DNA from: Thermoplasmata archaeon
GTDB taxonomy: Archaea; Thermoplasmatota; Thermoplasmata; Lutacidiplasmatales; UBA184
Direction: 5' to 3'
DNA: 64,000 bases
Assembly: GCA_022750375.1 (NCBI GenBank)
Contig: JAKIVU010000002.1
Location: 38,946-102,945 of the forward strand
The notes beneath the pieces are model-generated. The model was not told where the DNA came from, did no database searches, and saw nothing but the letters and a program-made list of their open reading frames with translations. Position numbers and translations under genes: made by a program. Of the stretch, positions 9,869 through 20,058 are shown in pieces. Numbering within the stretch: the first letter of the stretch is position 1; each line of letters starts with the position of its first letter.

Positions 9869-10531
9869 CTACGCGATCGGGAACTTCGTCACCGAGAACT
9901 CGGGGACGACCGTCGAGGTATCGAGCACTTCGGGGATCCCGCGAATCCGTTCCGTCACGAAGTCGAGCACCCGCCGTTTGGTCGCGGGCGGGGGGAAATC
10001 GAGGACGACGAGGATGTCCCAGTCGCCCGTCAGGAAGTGGAGCTCCTTGACCTCGGGCAGCGTCTCCAGGAGATTGCGGATCCGGTCGAGGTCGCCGCCG
10101 CGCACCTTGAGGTAGGTGAACGCGCGGACGCTGTGCAGCTCGCTCGGCATCAGCTCGGAGAGCTTCTCGTCCGTGAACTGCACCGCGCCCTCGAGTCGTG
10201 GGCCCTTCGGAGAGATCAGCACCGGGAACGTCTGGACGCCGCGCAGGTGCTCGGCGATCAGCCGCTCCACCCGTCCGACCTTCTCGATGTCGACGACCTT
10301 GATGTGATACCCCCGCCGGGCGGCGATCTCCTCCGCGTGCGCGACGCAGCGCGCCTGGTCGTCCGAGAGAAAGAGGATCCCCTCCTCCCCGCGCGTGGTC
10401 CCTTCCCCCGCGCTCTGTGCGCCCTGGGGGGAGGAGGTCGCGACCTCGGTGGCCACCGGGGTACGATAGAATGTCGAGATCCCCCGCTTCGATTGAACGT
10501 AGAGGATCAGTTCCCGGGTCTCGTCGGCCAT
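9869..10531 (-). CDS. Lrp/AsnC ligand-binding (RAM) domain protein with an N-terminal glutaredoxin-like domain and no HTH
   Basis: C-terminal LPEVKELHFLTGDWDILV...IRGIPEVLDTST is a RAM domain. The N-terminal IKVVDI...QTFPVLI...RLEG resembles a thioredoxin fold. Confidence 0.7.
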   Translation of the reverse strand: MADETRELILYVQSKRGISTFYRTPVATEVATSSPQGAQSAGEGTTRGEEGILFLSDDQARCVAHAEEIAARRGYHIKVVDIEKVGRVERLIAEHLRGVQTFPVLISPKGPRLEGAVQFTDEKLSELMPSELHSVRAFTYLKVRGGDLDRIRNLLETLPEVKELHFLTGDWDILVVLDFPPPATKRRVLDFVTERIRGIPEVLDTSTVVPEFSVTKFPIA

Positions 10532-10593
10532 CGGCGGGGCGTCCCAAGCGGAGCGCTCTATTTAATCAAATGGAGGTCCCGGAAGTGCCGGGG

Positions 10594-10615
10594 CCCCCGC
10601 CCCGAAGGGCGGGGG
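10594..10615 (-). terminator. GC-rich 9-bp hairpin with a UUCG loop downstream of ssb
   Basis: Minus strand CCCCCGCCC-TTCG-GGGCGGGGG, about 30 nt after the ssb stop. Confidence 0.55.
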
Positions 10616-10647
10616 AAAAGGTTCGCACGGGCTCGCGCGTTGCGGGA

Positions 10648-11178
10648 CTAGTAGCGCTTGTAGCTGTCGGAGCGCTCTCGGCCCCCACCGCCACTGCCGC
10701 CACCTTGGCCGCCGCCGCCACCGGAGTAGCGTCCGCCGCCACCGCCACCGCCGCCGCCACCGTAGCCACCGCTTCCGCGGTCACGGAAGCCGCCGCCACC
10801 GAACGATCGGCGCTCGCTCTCGAACTCTTGCTGGCTCATGTCGAGCGTCTGGTTGACCTCGGGGATCGCCTCGGTCGACTTCGAGAGGTTCCCGTAGCGG
10901 CCCACGTTGAGGCGCATGTGCCCGCGGACGAGGGAGACGTACCCGTTGTCCACCAGGATGACCTCGTCCTTCGCGATCGAGCCGATCTGCTCGTTCCAGA
11001 GGGACAGGGTGATCACGGCCGTGTCGTCGCCGACGACGGCTTCGCACACCTTTCGGGGGTCGCCAAACTTGCCCATGACCTCCTTGGGTTCGCCCACGCT
11101 CAGTACCTTCGCGAGGACGTTCACTTGCTTCGAGTTCGGCGTTAGGTCTCGCACTTTGGTCAGGGGTTTGTCTACCAT
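10648..11178 (-). CDS. ssb: Single-stranded DNA-binding protein (single OB fold, Gly/Arg-rich tail)
   Basis: KVRDLTP...VGDDTAVITLSLWNEQ...NGYVSLVRGHMRLNVGRYG; Gly-rich C-terminus; ATG at 11178. Confidence 0.9.
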   Translation of the reverse strand: MVDKPLTKVRDLTPNSKQVNVLAKVLSVGEPKEVMGKFGDPRKVCEAVVGDDTAVITLSLWNEQIGSIAKDEVILVDNGYVSLVRGHMRLNVGRYGNLSKSTEAIPEVNQTLDMSQQEFESERRSFGGGGFRDRGSGGYGGGGGGGGGGRYSGGGGGQGGGSGGGGRERSDSYKRY

Positions 11179-11326
11179 CTCTTGTCGCCTTCTTGGTTCG
11201 CGTTCTGCGTTCGGGAATCGAGGAGCGACCCTCGTCGAGAGAACACTCGTCGAAACTAGGACGGGCGCGACGCTCGATGCTGGCTGGGCTCTGGGATTCC
11301 TCGACTGGCGCATGACGGAGGCGGGG

Positions 11327-11333
11327 ATATAAA
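11327..11333 (-). promoter_or_regulatory. TATA box for ssb
   Basis: TTTATAT on the minus strand in an otherwise GC-rich context, about 150 nt above the start codon. Confidence 0.55.
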
Positions 11334-11441
11334 GCCGCCGTCGCCGCGTGACGGTGCCGCACGGGCGCCCCGCCACCGCCGGTGCCGCTCGGGCGGCATC
11401 CTTTTCCGCCGAGAGCCGCCTCGGTGCCCCGGGACCCCCCC

Positions 11442-12203
11442 GTGAGCCAGCGATTCGACCTCGGCGTGCACCATTTCCTTCGTCGAGAGTACGACGCCGC
11501 CCAACGGGCGTTCCGGGACGTCGTCCGGGAACGACCGACCGACGCGGGCGCCTGGTCGTACTACGGGATCTGCCTCGCCCATCTCGGGCAGGCGATGGAG
11601 GCGGAAGGGGCGCTGTCGCGCGCGGTCGCGCTCACCCCCTCGAATGCCGAAGCCTGGTTCCACCTCGGCGTGGCCCGCTCGCTCCGGGAGGAGTGGGGAC
11701 TCGCCGCCCTCGCCTATCGACGCACCGTCGCGCTCACCCCCGAGGACCTGGTCGCCTGGCACCGGCTCGGGGTCTCGCTCGCGGAATCCGGTGACGAGAC
11801 CGGCGCCTCGGCCGCGTTCGAACGGGCGCTCGTGCTCTCCCGGGACGGGTCGAGCCCGGACGGAAGCCCGCGCAGCTTCACTACCCCGGCGGGGGACGAT
11901 CACGTAGACGAGACGGGAGAACGAGAAGGGAGCCGGGAGGCGAAGAGCTGGCTCGAGCTCGCGCTGTCGCTCTTGACCCTGGGGGAGGAAGAAGAAGCGG
12001 TCGCCGCCTACGACCGCGCCTACACCCTCGACCCCGAGCGCGCGTCCCGCTCGCTCTTCCGCCCGATGTTGAAGCTCCTGACCGCCGTGGAAGGAGCGGG
12101 CGCGCCGGAACCGGCGGCACCGATGGCGGCAGTACCCGGTCAACCCGAGGGGCCTACGCTCCGTCGTCCGGAGCCGACCGTAGAGCGCCCCGAGATCGGC
12201 TGA
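11442..12203 (+). CDS. Tetratricopeptide repeat protein
   Basis: Repeated AWxxxGxxL...A...RAxxLxP units; GTG start at 11442 chosen. Confidence 0.8.
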   Translation: MSQRFDLGVHHFLRREYDAAQRAFRDVVRERPTDAGAWSYYGICLAHLGQAMEAEGALSRAVALTPSNAEAWFHLGVARSLREEWGLAALAYRRTVALTPEDLVAWHRLGVSLAESGDETGASAAFERALVLSRDGSSPDGSPRSFTTPAGDDHVDETGEREGSREAKSWLELALSLLTLGEEEEAVAAYDRAYTLDPERASRSLFRPMLKLLTAVEGAGAPEPAAPMAAVPGQPEGPTLRRPEPTVERPEIG

Positions 12204-12218
12204 GCGCGCACCGGCCGC

Positions 12219-13367
12219 CTAGAGCGGCTTCGGCGGGACCGTCACGATCGTCGACTCCGCCCACTCCTTGACCTTCTCGCGGGCGGCCGCGTGGCTCTCG
12301 TAGAACTTGTGGACCCGCTCGATGAGTTGCCCCTTGCAGTCCCCGCACAGGAGCTCCCCGGATTTGCAGGTCCGCGTCACCTCCGCGAACTTCGCCTCCG
12401 ACTCGGCGAACCGTGTCCGCCAGAGCGCCCAGACCGAACAGATCTCGGGCGTCGCGCCGAGGCGCCGCTGCTCTTCCACGGTCGCGCGTCCGCCGGTGAA
12501 CGCGGCGCGCAGCTTCCGCTCGACGGTCTTCGGCGGGTCGTTGAGGAAGAGCGCGTCGTCGGCGCGGTTCCCGGTCGTCGACATCGTCCCTTCCCCGAGC
12601 AGTCCCTGGACCATGCGGGAGTGGATCAGCGCCGGTTTCGGGTAGCCGAGGCCTTCCGCGATGTCGCGCGTCAGCCGGAAATGCGGGTCCTGGTCGATGC
12701 CGCACGGGATCAGGCACGGTACCGACCGGCCCTCCGCCCACGACGGCCAGAACGCGGGGACGCTCTGAAGCGCCGTGTAGAACACGAGGCCGATGTTGGT
12801 GCTCGGCGTGAAGCCGAACACCGCCTTGACGTTCGAGTACGTGATCTTCCGCGCCACTCGGATCGCGAGCGGGTACATCGCGCCGATCGAACGGGAATCG
12901 AAGAAGACGTGCGTCCGCTTCGGGTCGAACCCGAGGGCGAGGATGTCGTAGAGGTTCTCGAGGCCCCAGTGGGCCGTCTCCTCGCGGGTGAGACCCGAGC
13001 GGGCCCAGAACTTCTCGTCGTCCGTGATCTGGATGTACATGGGTACGCCGAGGCGTCGTTGCAGCCATTGGCACAGGTCGAACGGGACGAGGTGCGACGT
13101 GTGGAGCGGCCCGGAAGGCCCGCGGCCGGAGTAGAGGAAGAACGGACGGCCGTTTGCGTAGCCGTCGAGCAGCGGCAAGAGGTCGCGGTGGGAGTAGTAG
13201 ATCCCCCGGGTCAGGAGCGGATGCAGCTCCCCTCCGGAGACATGATGGATCCGGGCGAGGACCTCGGGCGTGATCTCCTGGGTCCCGAACAGCTCCCGCA
13301 GCCGGTCGTAGTCGATCTTGCCCTTGACCTCGTACGGAGTGACCACGAAGTCGTCGGGCGCGGGCAT
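12219..13367 (-). CDS. trpS: Tryptophan--tRNA ligase (archaeal type)
   Basis: VTPYEV, LYSGRGPSG, ITDDEKF, GIDQDPHFRLTRD, AFTGG, LLCGDCK. Confidence 0.92.
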   Translation of the reverse strand: MPAPDDFVVTPYEVKGKIDYDRLRELFGTQEITPEVLARIHHVSGGELHPLLTRGIYYSHRDLLPLLDGYANGRPFFLYSGRGPSGPLHTSHLVPFDLCQWLQRRLGVPMYIQITDDEKFWARSGLTREETAHWGLENLYDILALGFDPKRTHVFFDSRSIGAMYPLAIRVARKITYSNVKAVFGFTPSTNIGLVFYTALQSVPAFWPSWAEGRSVPCLIPCGIDQDPHFRLTRDIAEGLGYPKPALIHSRMVQGLLGEGTMSTTGNRADDALFLNDPPKTVERKLRAAFTGGRATVEEQRRLGATPEICSVWALWRTRFAESEAKFAEVTRTCKSGELLCGDCKGQLIERVHKFYESHAAAREKVKEWAESTIVTVPPKPL

Positions 13368-13380
13368 GGTCGTCCGCCCG

Positions 13381-13689
13381 TCACCCTTCGGGGAAGGTGA
13401 TCTTGGCGAGGATCGACTCGCGCTCCCCGAGCGGGACCCCGGCGGTGCTGAGCGCGTCCGCGACGCACGAGCGGGAATGCTCGTGGTGGATGCTGTGACC
13501 GCACGACGGGCACGTCGCCCACCCTTCGATCAGACGTCGGAGCCCCTCCCGAGACGTCGACGAATCCCGGCGTGCGAACCGTTCGACCAGGATCGCACCG
13601 CCCGCCTGGTTCTCGAGATTCGAGAGCGGCACGCGCACGGGGGTGTTGCAGATCGGGCAGCGGGCGGGATTCCGGCAGGTGCAGGTCAT
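13381..13689 (-). CDS. Small Cys/His-rich putative metal-binding protein
   Basis: CTC...CPIC...CPSCGH...HHEH...C; immediately upstream of trpS on the same strand. Confidence 0.6.
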   Translation of the reverse strand: MTCTCRNPARCPICNTPVRVPLSNLENQAGGAILVERFARRDSSTSREGLRRLIEGWATCPSCGHSIHHEHSRSCVADALSTAGVPLGERESILAKITFPEG

Positions 13690-13792
13690 GGGCGAAAGGG
13701 TACCGGTCGAACCGACCTAAAAGCCCGCTGCCCGACGACCGGAGGAGAGATGGACGGATATCCTCAAGAGCGAGGACCGCCGGTTCCCGTCC

Positions 13793-14128
13793 GTGCCCGA
13801 TACTCCCGAAGGACAGGCGCGCGAGATGCACCTCGAGATGATGGAGGTGCTGAAGCTCCTCAACCGGGTCGAGGAAGAACATGGAGCGACCGAGGGGCTC
13901 GAGAAGGACGAGGTCGTCCACATGCTCGGGAAGGTCGGCTTCCCGTCCGTGACCGTCGACCAGGCCGGACAAACGTTGGACGTGCTGATCGCGAACGGCC
14001 TCGCGCGGTGCCTCACCGACTCCGAGTACGCCTGGGATCGGGGAAGGGTCGTCGGGGAGCGGTTCGCCATCACCCTGGATGGGAAGCGGCTCCTGTTGAA
14101 AGAGCTCGAACGCGTCGGACGGGTCTAG
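13793..14128 (+). CDS. Small winged-helix-like hypothetical protein
   Basis: LDVLIANGLA...FAITLDGKRLL resembles the wing and final helix of a wHTH. Confidence 0.6.
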   Translation: MPDTPEGQAREMHLEMMEVLKLLNRVEEEHGATEGLEKDEVVHMLGKVGFPSVTVDQAGQTLDVLIANGLARCLTDSEYAWDRGRVVGERFAITLDGKRLLLKELERVGRV

Positions 14129-14172
14129 CCTCCCCCGCAAGCCCGCTTTATCCCCGGCGGCCTCTCCCGTCC

Positions 14173-15123
14173 GTGGTGCTTCGGAACGAGAGCCGTCACT
14201 TCCGCGTCGAGCGACTGGCCCCCGGCGTGCACGCCGCCGTCGCCACGCCCGACGGGTTCGGTCTCTGCAATTCTGGGATCGTCGACCTCGGAGGGGCCAC
14301 GGTCGTCTTCGACTCGATGCTCACTCCGATGGCCGGCGCCGCGCTCGCGCGCGCCGCCGAGCGGTGCACCGGACGCGCGCCCGATTGGGTGGTGAACAGC
14401 CACTGGCACGGCGACCACATCTGGGGAAACTCGGCGTTCGCGAATGGCCACGTCGTCTCCACCCGTCGGGTCCGACAGGTCGTACTCCAGAAAAGTCGTA
14501 AACAGTTCGACGACTGCCGCCGGGAGTTCCCAGCCGAGCTCGCGAAACTGCGCGCGCCGGACCCGTCCATCCACCCCGACGACGTGCGGGAGCTCCGCGG
14601 TTGGTTCCGCGGGATCCTCGCGACCCCGCGTTCCCACCGGGTTGTCCCGCCGGAAGTGACCTTCACCGACGAACTGGTCCTCGAAGGCACTCGTCGGTCG
14701 TTGCGACTCATTTCCTACGGCGGTGGCCACTCCCCGAGCGACGTGTTCGGTTATCTGCCGGACGAGCAGATCCTGTTCACCGGCGACCTCGCGCTGGTCG
14801 GTTACCACCTATCGGTCGGGGACGGCTGGCCCGACGAGTGGCTACGGATCCTCGCCCGGATGCGACGGCTGCGCGTCGACTCCCTCCTGCCCGGCCATGG
14901 GCCGCTCGGCACCGCGAAGACCCTCGAGCGTGGGCAGCGATACCTCCGGGACCTGACGCGGATCGTGCGGTCCGCGATCCGCCGGGGAACTCCCCTTGCC
15001 GAGCTCGAACGAACGCCGATTCCCGCGCCGTACCGCGACTGGCGGTTCGCGTTCATGTTCCCTGACAACCTCCGGCGAACGTACCGGTTGGCGACGGCCG
15101 GGACGCCCCGCCGGACGCCGTGA
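14173..15123 (+). CDS. Metallo-beta-lactamase fold hydrolase (cyclase-like)
   Basis: SHWHGDH, GHSPSD, FTGD, PGHG; TTTATC box at 14147-14152 supports the GTG start at 14173. Confidence 0.85.
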   Translation: MVLRNESRHFRVERLAPGVHAAVATPDGFGLCNSGIVDLGGATVVFDSMLTPMAGAALARAAERCTGRAPDWVVNSHWHGDHIWGNSAFANGHVVSTRRVRQVVLQKSRKQFDDCRREFPAELAKLRAPDPSIHPDDVRELRGWFRGILATPRSHRVVPPEVTFTDELVLEGTRRSLRLISYGGGHSPSDVFGYLPDEQILFTGDLALVGYHLSVGDGWPDEWLRILARMRRLRVDSLLPGHGPLGTAKTLERGQRYLRDLTRIVRSAIRRGTPLAELERTPIPAPYRDWRFAFMFPDNLRRTYRLATAGTPRRTP

Positions 15124-15170
15124 ATCTGCCGTGGGCATTTAAGTAGAAGAACGCCGCGTAGTAAACGAGC

Positions 15171-15521
15171 ATGCCTACCGGGGACGCTCCGGATCCGGTC
15201 CGGGCGACGCTCGTCGCGATCCTGCAGCAGTTGAACCGAGCCGAGTCGCTCCACGAAGGCCGGGAGCGGGACCAGGCGCTCGCCCTCGCCGACCTCGAGC
15301 GGATGCTCTCCAAGTTCTGGGCGATCGACCAGGACCTCGTCAAGGTCCCGCTCGCACTCGGGCTCCTCGTCCGGAACGGGATGGTCGAAGTGCATTCCGG
15401 CGGGAACTACGCCTCTCCGAAACCCGGACCGAAGCCGGCGGTCAAGGCGCATTACCGGATCACCGCGGGCGGGAAGCAATTCCTGGTCGAGAACCTCCAA
15501 AAGAGCGACCGGATCAGCTGA
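15171..15521 (+). CDS. Small winged-helix-like hypothetical protein
   Basis: LGLLVRNGMV...YRITAGGKQFL; TTTAAG box about 30 nt upstream. Confidence 0.6.
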   Translation: MPTGDAPDPVRATLVAILQQLNRAESLHEGRERDQALALADLERMLSKFWAIDQDLVKVPLALGLLVRNGMVEVHSGGNYASPKPGPKPAVKAHYRITAGGKQFLVENLQKSDRIS

Positions 15522-15564
15522 ATCCGACCCGCTCCGCCTCCCTCGATTTCCCCTCGGAAAAACC

Positions 15565-15572
15565 GTTAAGTA
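15565..15572 (+). promoter_or_regulatory. BRE/TATA promoter of the rps15-DHH-gyrA unit
   Basis: GGAAAAACC-GTTAAGTA, about 25 nt before the ATG at 15597 (near-leaderless). Confidence 0.55.
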
Positions 15573-15596
15573 GCCATCGAGAGTGGGCGGGCCCCC

Positions 15597-16052
15597 ATGT
15601 CGAGGATCCACTCCGGGCACAAGGGCCGCGCCGGCTCGCACCGGCCCTATCCTCTGACGAAACCCGAGTGGGTCACCGCCTCCTCGGAGGAGGTCGTCAC
15701 CCAGGCCGTTCAGCTCGCGAAGGGCGGAATGGGCCAGGCGCTGGTCGGGCAGACGCTGCGAGACTCCTACGCCATCCCGCTCTCCCGCGCGATCACGGGG
15801 AGGCGACTCGGTACCCTGCTGAGCGAGCACGGCATCAAGCCCGAGATACCGGACGACCTCCAGGCGCTGCTCAAGCGCGTCGTGCACCTTCAACGCCACC
15901 TCCGGACCCACCCGAAGGATCTCGCCAACCGTCGAGGGCTCAACCTGATGGAGTCGCGGATCCGACGTCTCGCCCGATACTACCGCCGGACCCGCAAGCT
16001 CCCCGAGAGCTGGCGGTACTCGGCCGCGGGTGCGGCGCTCCAGGTGGAGTGA
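15597..16052 (+). CDS. rps15: 30S ribosomal protein uS15 (S15P/S13e)
   Basis: [17 protein letters not shown]...IPDDL..L...[22 protein letters not shown]. Confidence 0.95.
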   Translation: MSRIHSGHKGRAGSHRPYPLTKPEWVTASSEEVVTQAVQLAKGGMGQALVGQTLRDSYAIPLSRAITGRRLGTLLSEHGIKPEIPDDLQALLKRVVHLQRHLRTHPKDLANRRGLNLMESRIRRLARYYRRTRKLPESWRYSAAGAALQVE

Positions 16053-17443
16053 TGCCTTCGGGCCCCGACGGTTTCGTTGCCGACGCGAAATATCGGACCG
16101 AATTCGAGCACGCCCGGGCCCTCGTGCTCGGCCACCCTCGTCGCTGGCGCGTCATCTATCATTACGACGCGGACGGGATCGCGAGCGCATCGTCCGCGAT
16201 GCGGGCGTTCGCACGGCTAGGATATCCGGCCCAGGCGACCGCGCTCGCCGGCGTCGAGCGCGACCGGATGAGGACCCTCACCGAGAGCACGGCCGGCCCG
16301 ATCCTCGTGGTCGACACCGGGGCGAGCTGGCTCGACCTGTTCGCGCACCACCCGCACCCGGTCGTCGTGCTCGACCATCACCAGTACGCCGGCGCGCCGA
16401 ACCCGCCCGCGCTTCCCGAGCACGTCGCGTTCGTGAACCCGCTCGATTGGGGCGTCGACGGGATGAGCGAGATGTGCGCGGCGACCCTCACCTGGCTGTT
16501 CACCGTCTTTCTCGACCCGCTCAATTGGGACAACGCCCCCTGGGGCCTCTCGGGAGCGATCGGCGACCGTCAGCACGTGGGGGGTTTCCGTGGTCTGAAC
16601 GCGCGCCTGGTCGAAGAGGCGACCACCCGCTCCCTGGTCGTTCGCCGACCCGGCCTCGCGCTCTTCGGAGCCACGATGGGGGCGGCGATCGCCGGTGGCA
16701 TCGACCCGTTCGTCCGGGGCCTCTCCGGCCGCCCGGAGGCGGTCGGGAAGTTCCTCGATACGCTCGGGGTCGACCCGGCGCGACCGCCGTCGAGCCTCTC
16801 GGCCGAAGAGACGCGGCGCCTCGTCGAGGCACTGCGCACGCGGCTCGCCGGCGCGGGCGTCGCTCCGGAAGCGGTGCAGATCCTCGACCAGGAGCGATGG
16901 TTCCTCCCGGCGCTCGGCCTCGACGCGGAAGAGGTCTCGAACCGTCAGAGCGCCGCCGGACGGGCCAAGATGCCGGGGGTCGGGGTCGCCTACGCGCTCG
17001 GGGACCCGTCCTCGGCCGAGCGAGTTCGCCTCGCGGAGGACGGGTGGCGGTCGGGCGTCCTGCGCGGGCTGCGTCGACTGGAAGACGAGGGTGTAAATTC
17101 GATGAGTTCTTTGCAGTGGTTCGAGAGCCCGGACACCACCCTCGCGGGCACTCAGGCCGGTATGGCGATCCTCTACCTCCTCGACCCGGAACGGCCCGTC
17201 TTCGCCTTCTCGGAAGGGTCCGGACCGACGAAGGTCAGCGCGCGAGCCACCCTCCGGCTCGTCGACCGCGGCGTCGACCTCACCGTGACCTGCGCGAGAT
17301 CGGCGGCGGCGGTCGGCGGGGAAGGCGGCGGGCACCGGGTGGCGAGCGGTGCCACGATCCCGGCCGGCACCCGCGAGAAGTTCCTCGCCGAGGCGAACGA
17401 GATCCTCGGCCGTCAGCTGAGCGCCCGCACGGAGGCGTCGTGA
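16052..17443 (+). CDS. DHH/DHHA1 phosphoesterase (archaeal RecJ-like nuclease)
   Basis: HYDADG, VVDTG, LDHH, GAIGD, GGGH...SGA. The position after rps15 is conserved in euryarchaea; the start overlaps the rps15 stop. Confidence 0.88.
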   Translation: MPSGPDGFVADAKYRTEFEHARALVLGHPRRWRVIYHYDADGIASASSAMRAFARLGYPAQATALAGVERDRMRTLTESTAGPILVVDTGASWLDLFAHHPHPVVVLDHHQYAGAPNPPALPEHVAFVNPLDWGVDGMSEMCAATLTWLFTVFLDPLNWDNAPWGLSGAIGDRQHVGGFRGLNARLVEEATTRSLVVRRPGLALFGATMGAAIAGGIDPFVRGLSGRPEAVGKFLDTLGVDPARPPSSLSAEETRRLVEALRTRLAGAGVAPEAVQILDQERWFLPALGLDAEEVSNRQSAAGRAKMPGVGVAYALGDPSSAERVRLAEDGWRSGVLRGLRRLEDEGVNSMSSLQWFESPDTTLAGTQAGMAILYLLDPERPVFAFSEGSGPTKVSARATLRLVDRGVDLTVTCARSAAAVGGEGGGHRVASGATIPAGTREKFLAEANEILGRQLSARTEAS

Positions 17444-20058
17444 GCGAGACGCCCGAGGCGGCATCGCCTCCCCCTCCGACCGACCGGATCCACGACCGCC
17501 CGCTGGAGCGGGAGATGCACCAGTCGTACCTCGACTACGCGATGAGTGTGATCGTCGGGCGGGCCCTTCCCGACGGACGCAACGGACTGAAGCCGGTCCA
17601 ACGCCGCATCCTCTGGTCGATGTGGGAATCGGGGGCGACCCACGACCGGGCGTACCGCAAGTCGGCGCGCACCGTCGGGGACGTCCTCGGGAAGTACCAC
17701 CCGCACGGCGACCTCGCGGTCTACGACGCGCTGGTCCGGATGGCGCAGCCGTTCAGTCTCCGGTATCCCCTCATCGACGGGCAGGGGAACTTCGGCTCGA
17801 TCGACGGCGACTCCCCCGCCGCGATGCGGTACACGGAAGCCCGGCTCTCCCCGATCGCGGAGGAGCTGCTCCTCGACATTGAGAAGGAGACGGTCGACTG
17901 GACCGACAACTTCGACGGGACGCTGAAAGAACCGCTCGACGTCCCCTCCAAGATCCCGAATCTGCTCGTCAACGGCTCCGCGGGGATCGCGGTCGGCATG
18001 GCGACCAACATGCCGCCCCACAACCTCAACGAGATCGCGGATGCGCTCCTGCTCCTCATCGCGAACCCGGACGCGGGCGTCGAGGAACTCCACAAGGTCG
18101 TGCCGGGCCCGGATTTCCCGGGCGGCGGGTACCTTTCCGAGGAGGGGATCCGCGAGGCGTACGCGACCGGCCGTGGAACGCTCCACCTGCGCGGGACCGC
18201 CGAGATCCGCGAGCGGGACGGCCGCGACGAGATCGTCATCACCGAGATCCCGTACGAGGTCAACAAGACCGCGCTGCTCGAACTGATCGCCGACCTCGTC
18301 AAGAACAAGCGGATCGACGGCATCACCGACCTCCGGGACGAATCGGACCGGCACGGCACCAGCGTCGTCCTCGAGCTCCGCCGCGACGCCCCGGCCGAGA
18401 TCGTGCTCAACCGCCTCTACGAGCACACACCGCTCGAGACGAGCTTCGGCGTGATCAACCTCTGCCTGGTCGAGGGGCGCCCGCGCGTTCTGCCGCTCAA
18501 GGACCTGTTGCTCCTCCACCTCGACCATCGTCGGACGGTCCTCACCCGACGCACGACGTTCGACCTCCGGAAGACCGAGGAGCGCCTCCATCTCCTCGAA
18601 GGCTTCCTGACGGCGATCGACCACATCGACGAGGTGATCAAGATCATCCGCCGGTCGAAGGACGTCCCCGCCGCCGAGACGAGCCTGATGGGGAAGTTCC
18701 TCCTCTCGAGCGAGCAGGCGAAGGCGATCCTCGACATGCGCCTTTCGCGACTGACCGCGCTCGAGCGCGAGGCGGTCGAGCAGGAGAAGAACGAGAAGGA
18801 GGCGCTCGCGCGGACGCTGCGCGAGATCCTCGCCTCCCGCGAACGGCTCGACCGACTGATCGTCGACGAGCTCACGGACCTCAAGGAACGGTGCGGCGAC
18901 GCCCGCCGGACCCGCATCGTTCCGGCGTTCACGGCGCGGACCCTCGAGGACCTGATCCCCGACACCGATGTCGTCGTCCTCGTCACCCGGGACGGCTACA
19001 TCAAGCGCCTCCCGCTCGACCAGTACCGGCGCCAGCATCGCGGCGGACGCGGGCTGATCCGGATGGAGACGAAGGAGGAGGACTACGTCATCCGGACGTT
19101 CGTCACCCGCACCCACGACGACGTGCTGTTCTTCACGAACAAAGGCCGCGTCTACCAGCTCAAGGCGTACGAGCTCCCCGAAGGGAGCCGCCAGTCGAAG
19201 GGAAAGGCGGTCATCAACCTCCTGCCGCGCCTGAAGGACGGGGAGCGGGTGCAGACCCTCCTCCCGCTCCACGACCTCTCCACGGCGGGCTCGTTGTTCT
19301 TCGCGACGCGGCGGGGGCTCGTCAAGCGGACGACGCTCGACCAGTTCCAGAACATCCGCGTGAGCGGCATCCAGGCGGTCCTGCTCGAGGAAGGGGACGA
19401 GCTGGTCGGCGTCGCCCTCGTCACCGACGAGTCGACCGAGGTCCTCCTCGCGACCCGCTCCGGCCAACTCGTCCGGTTCCCACTCTCCGAGGTGCGACCG
19501 ATGGGCCGCGCGACGTACGGGGTCATCGGGGTGCGCCTCTCCGCGGCGAAGGACGACCACGTCGTCGCGATGGCACCGGTGAGCCCGAAGTTCCCGACGT
19601 TGCTCTCGCTCACCTCGACCGGTTATGGAAAGCGCAGTCTGACCGAGGAGTATCGCGAGACGAAGCGGGGCGCGAAAGGCGTCCGTACGATCCGCACCGG
19701 AGGCCGGAACGGGGCCGTCGTCGCGGTCCTTCCGACCACCGACCTCTCCGAGCTGCTCGTCACGACCCACAACGGGATCACGATCCGCGTGGCGGTGAAG
19801 GGGATCCGCGCGCAGGCCCGCAACACCCTCGGCGTCCGCGTGATCCGCCTCGACGAGGGAGACGAGGTTCGGGACGCCGTCATCCTCGCGGCCCCGGTCG
19901 ATGGGGAGGCGAACGGAGTGCCGTCGTCCCCGACGGACGCCGAGCTCCCGAATCCCGTCGAGCCCGAGGAGGACGACGCGATGCCCCCGCCGCCCGCGCC
20001 GGACGACGAGGAGGAGAACGACGATGGGACGACGCCCGACGCGACGGATCCACCGTAA
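17440..20058 (+). CDS. gyrA: DNA gyrase subunit A
   Basis: [24 protein letters not shown], catalytic AAMRYTE, GyrA-box QHRGGRG, beta-pinwheel repeats, acidic tail; GTG overlaps the upstream stop. Confidence 0.96.
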   Translation: MSETPEAASPPPPTDRIHDRPLEREMHQSYLDYAMSVIVGRALPDGRNGLKPVQRRILWSMWESGATHDRAYRKSARTVGDVLGKYHPHGDLAVYDALVRMAQPFSLRYPLIDGQGNFGSIDGDSPAAMRYTEARLSPIAEELLLDIEKETVDWTDNFDGTLKEPLDVPSKIPNLLVNGSAGIAVGMATNMPPHNLNEIADALLLLIANPDAGVEELHKVVPGPDFPGGGYLSEEGIREAYATGRGTLHLRGTAEIRERDGRDEIVITEIPYEVNKTALLELIADLVKNKRIDGITDLRDESDRHGTSVVLELRRDAPAEIVLNRLYEHTPLETSFGVINLCLVEGRPRVLPLKDLLLLHLDHRRTVLTRRTTFDLRKTEERLHLLEGFLTAIDHIDEVIKIIRRSKDVPAAETSLMGKFLLSSEQAKAILDMRLSRLTALEREAVEQEKNEKEALARTLREILASRERLDRLIVDELTDLKERCGDARRTRIVPAFTARTLEDLIPDTDVVVLVTRDGYIKRLPLDQYRRQHRGGRGLIRMETKEEDYVIRTFVTRTHDDVLFFTNKGRVYQLKAYELPEGSRQSKGKAVINLLPRLKDGERVQTLLPLHDLSTAGSLFFATRRGLVKRTTLDQFQNIRVSGIQAVLLEEGDELVGVALVTDESTEVLLATRSGQLVRFPLSEVRPMGRATYGVIGVRLSAAKDDHVVAMAPVSPKFPTLLSLTSTGYGKRSLTEEYRETKRGAKGVRTIRTGGRNGAVVAVLPTTDLSELLVTTHNGITIRVAVKGIRAQARNTLGVRVIRLDEGDEVRDAVILAAPVDGEANGVPSSPTDAELPNPVEPEEDDAMPPPPAPDDEEENDDGTTPDATDPP

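Noticed and set aside
7606..10050. Long alternative-frame and antisense ORFs (for example 7606-10050, 17413-20121, 29198-31693, 48344-51292, 48399-51281)
   Set aside because: Arg/Pro/Gly-rich shadow ORFs expected from stop-codon scarcity in high-GC DNA. They overlap well-supported genes and have no motifs.
10680..10800. (CCG/CCA)n low-complexity repeat
   Set aside because: It encodes the Gly-rich tail of SSB; not a CRISPR or independent repeat.
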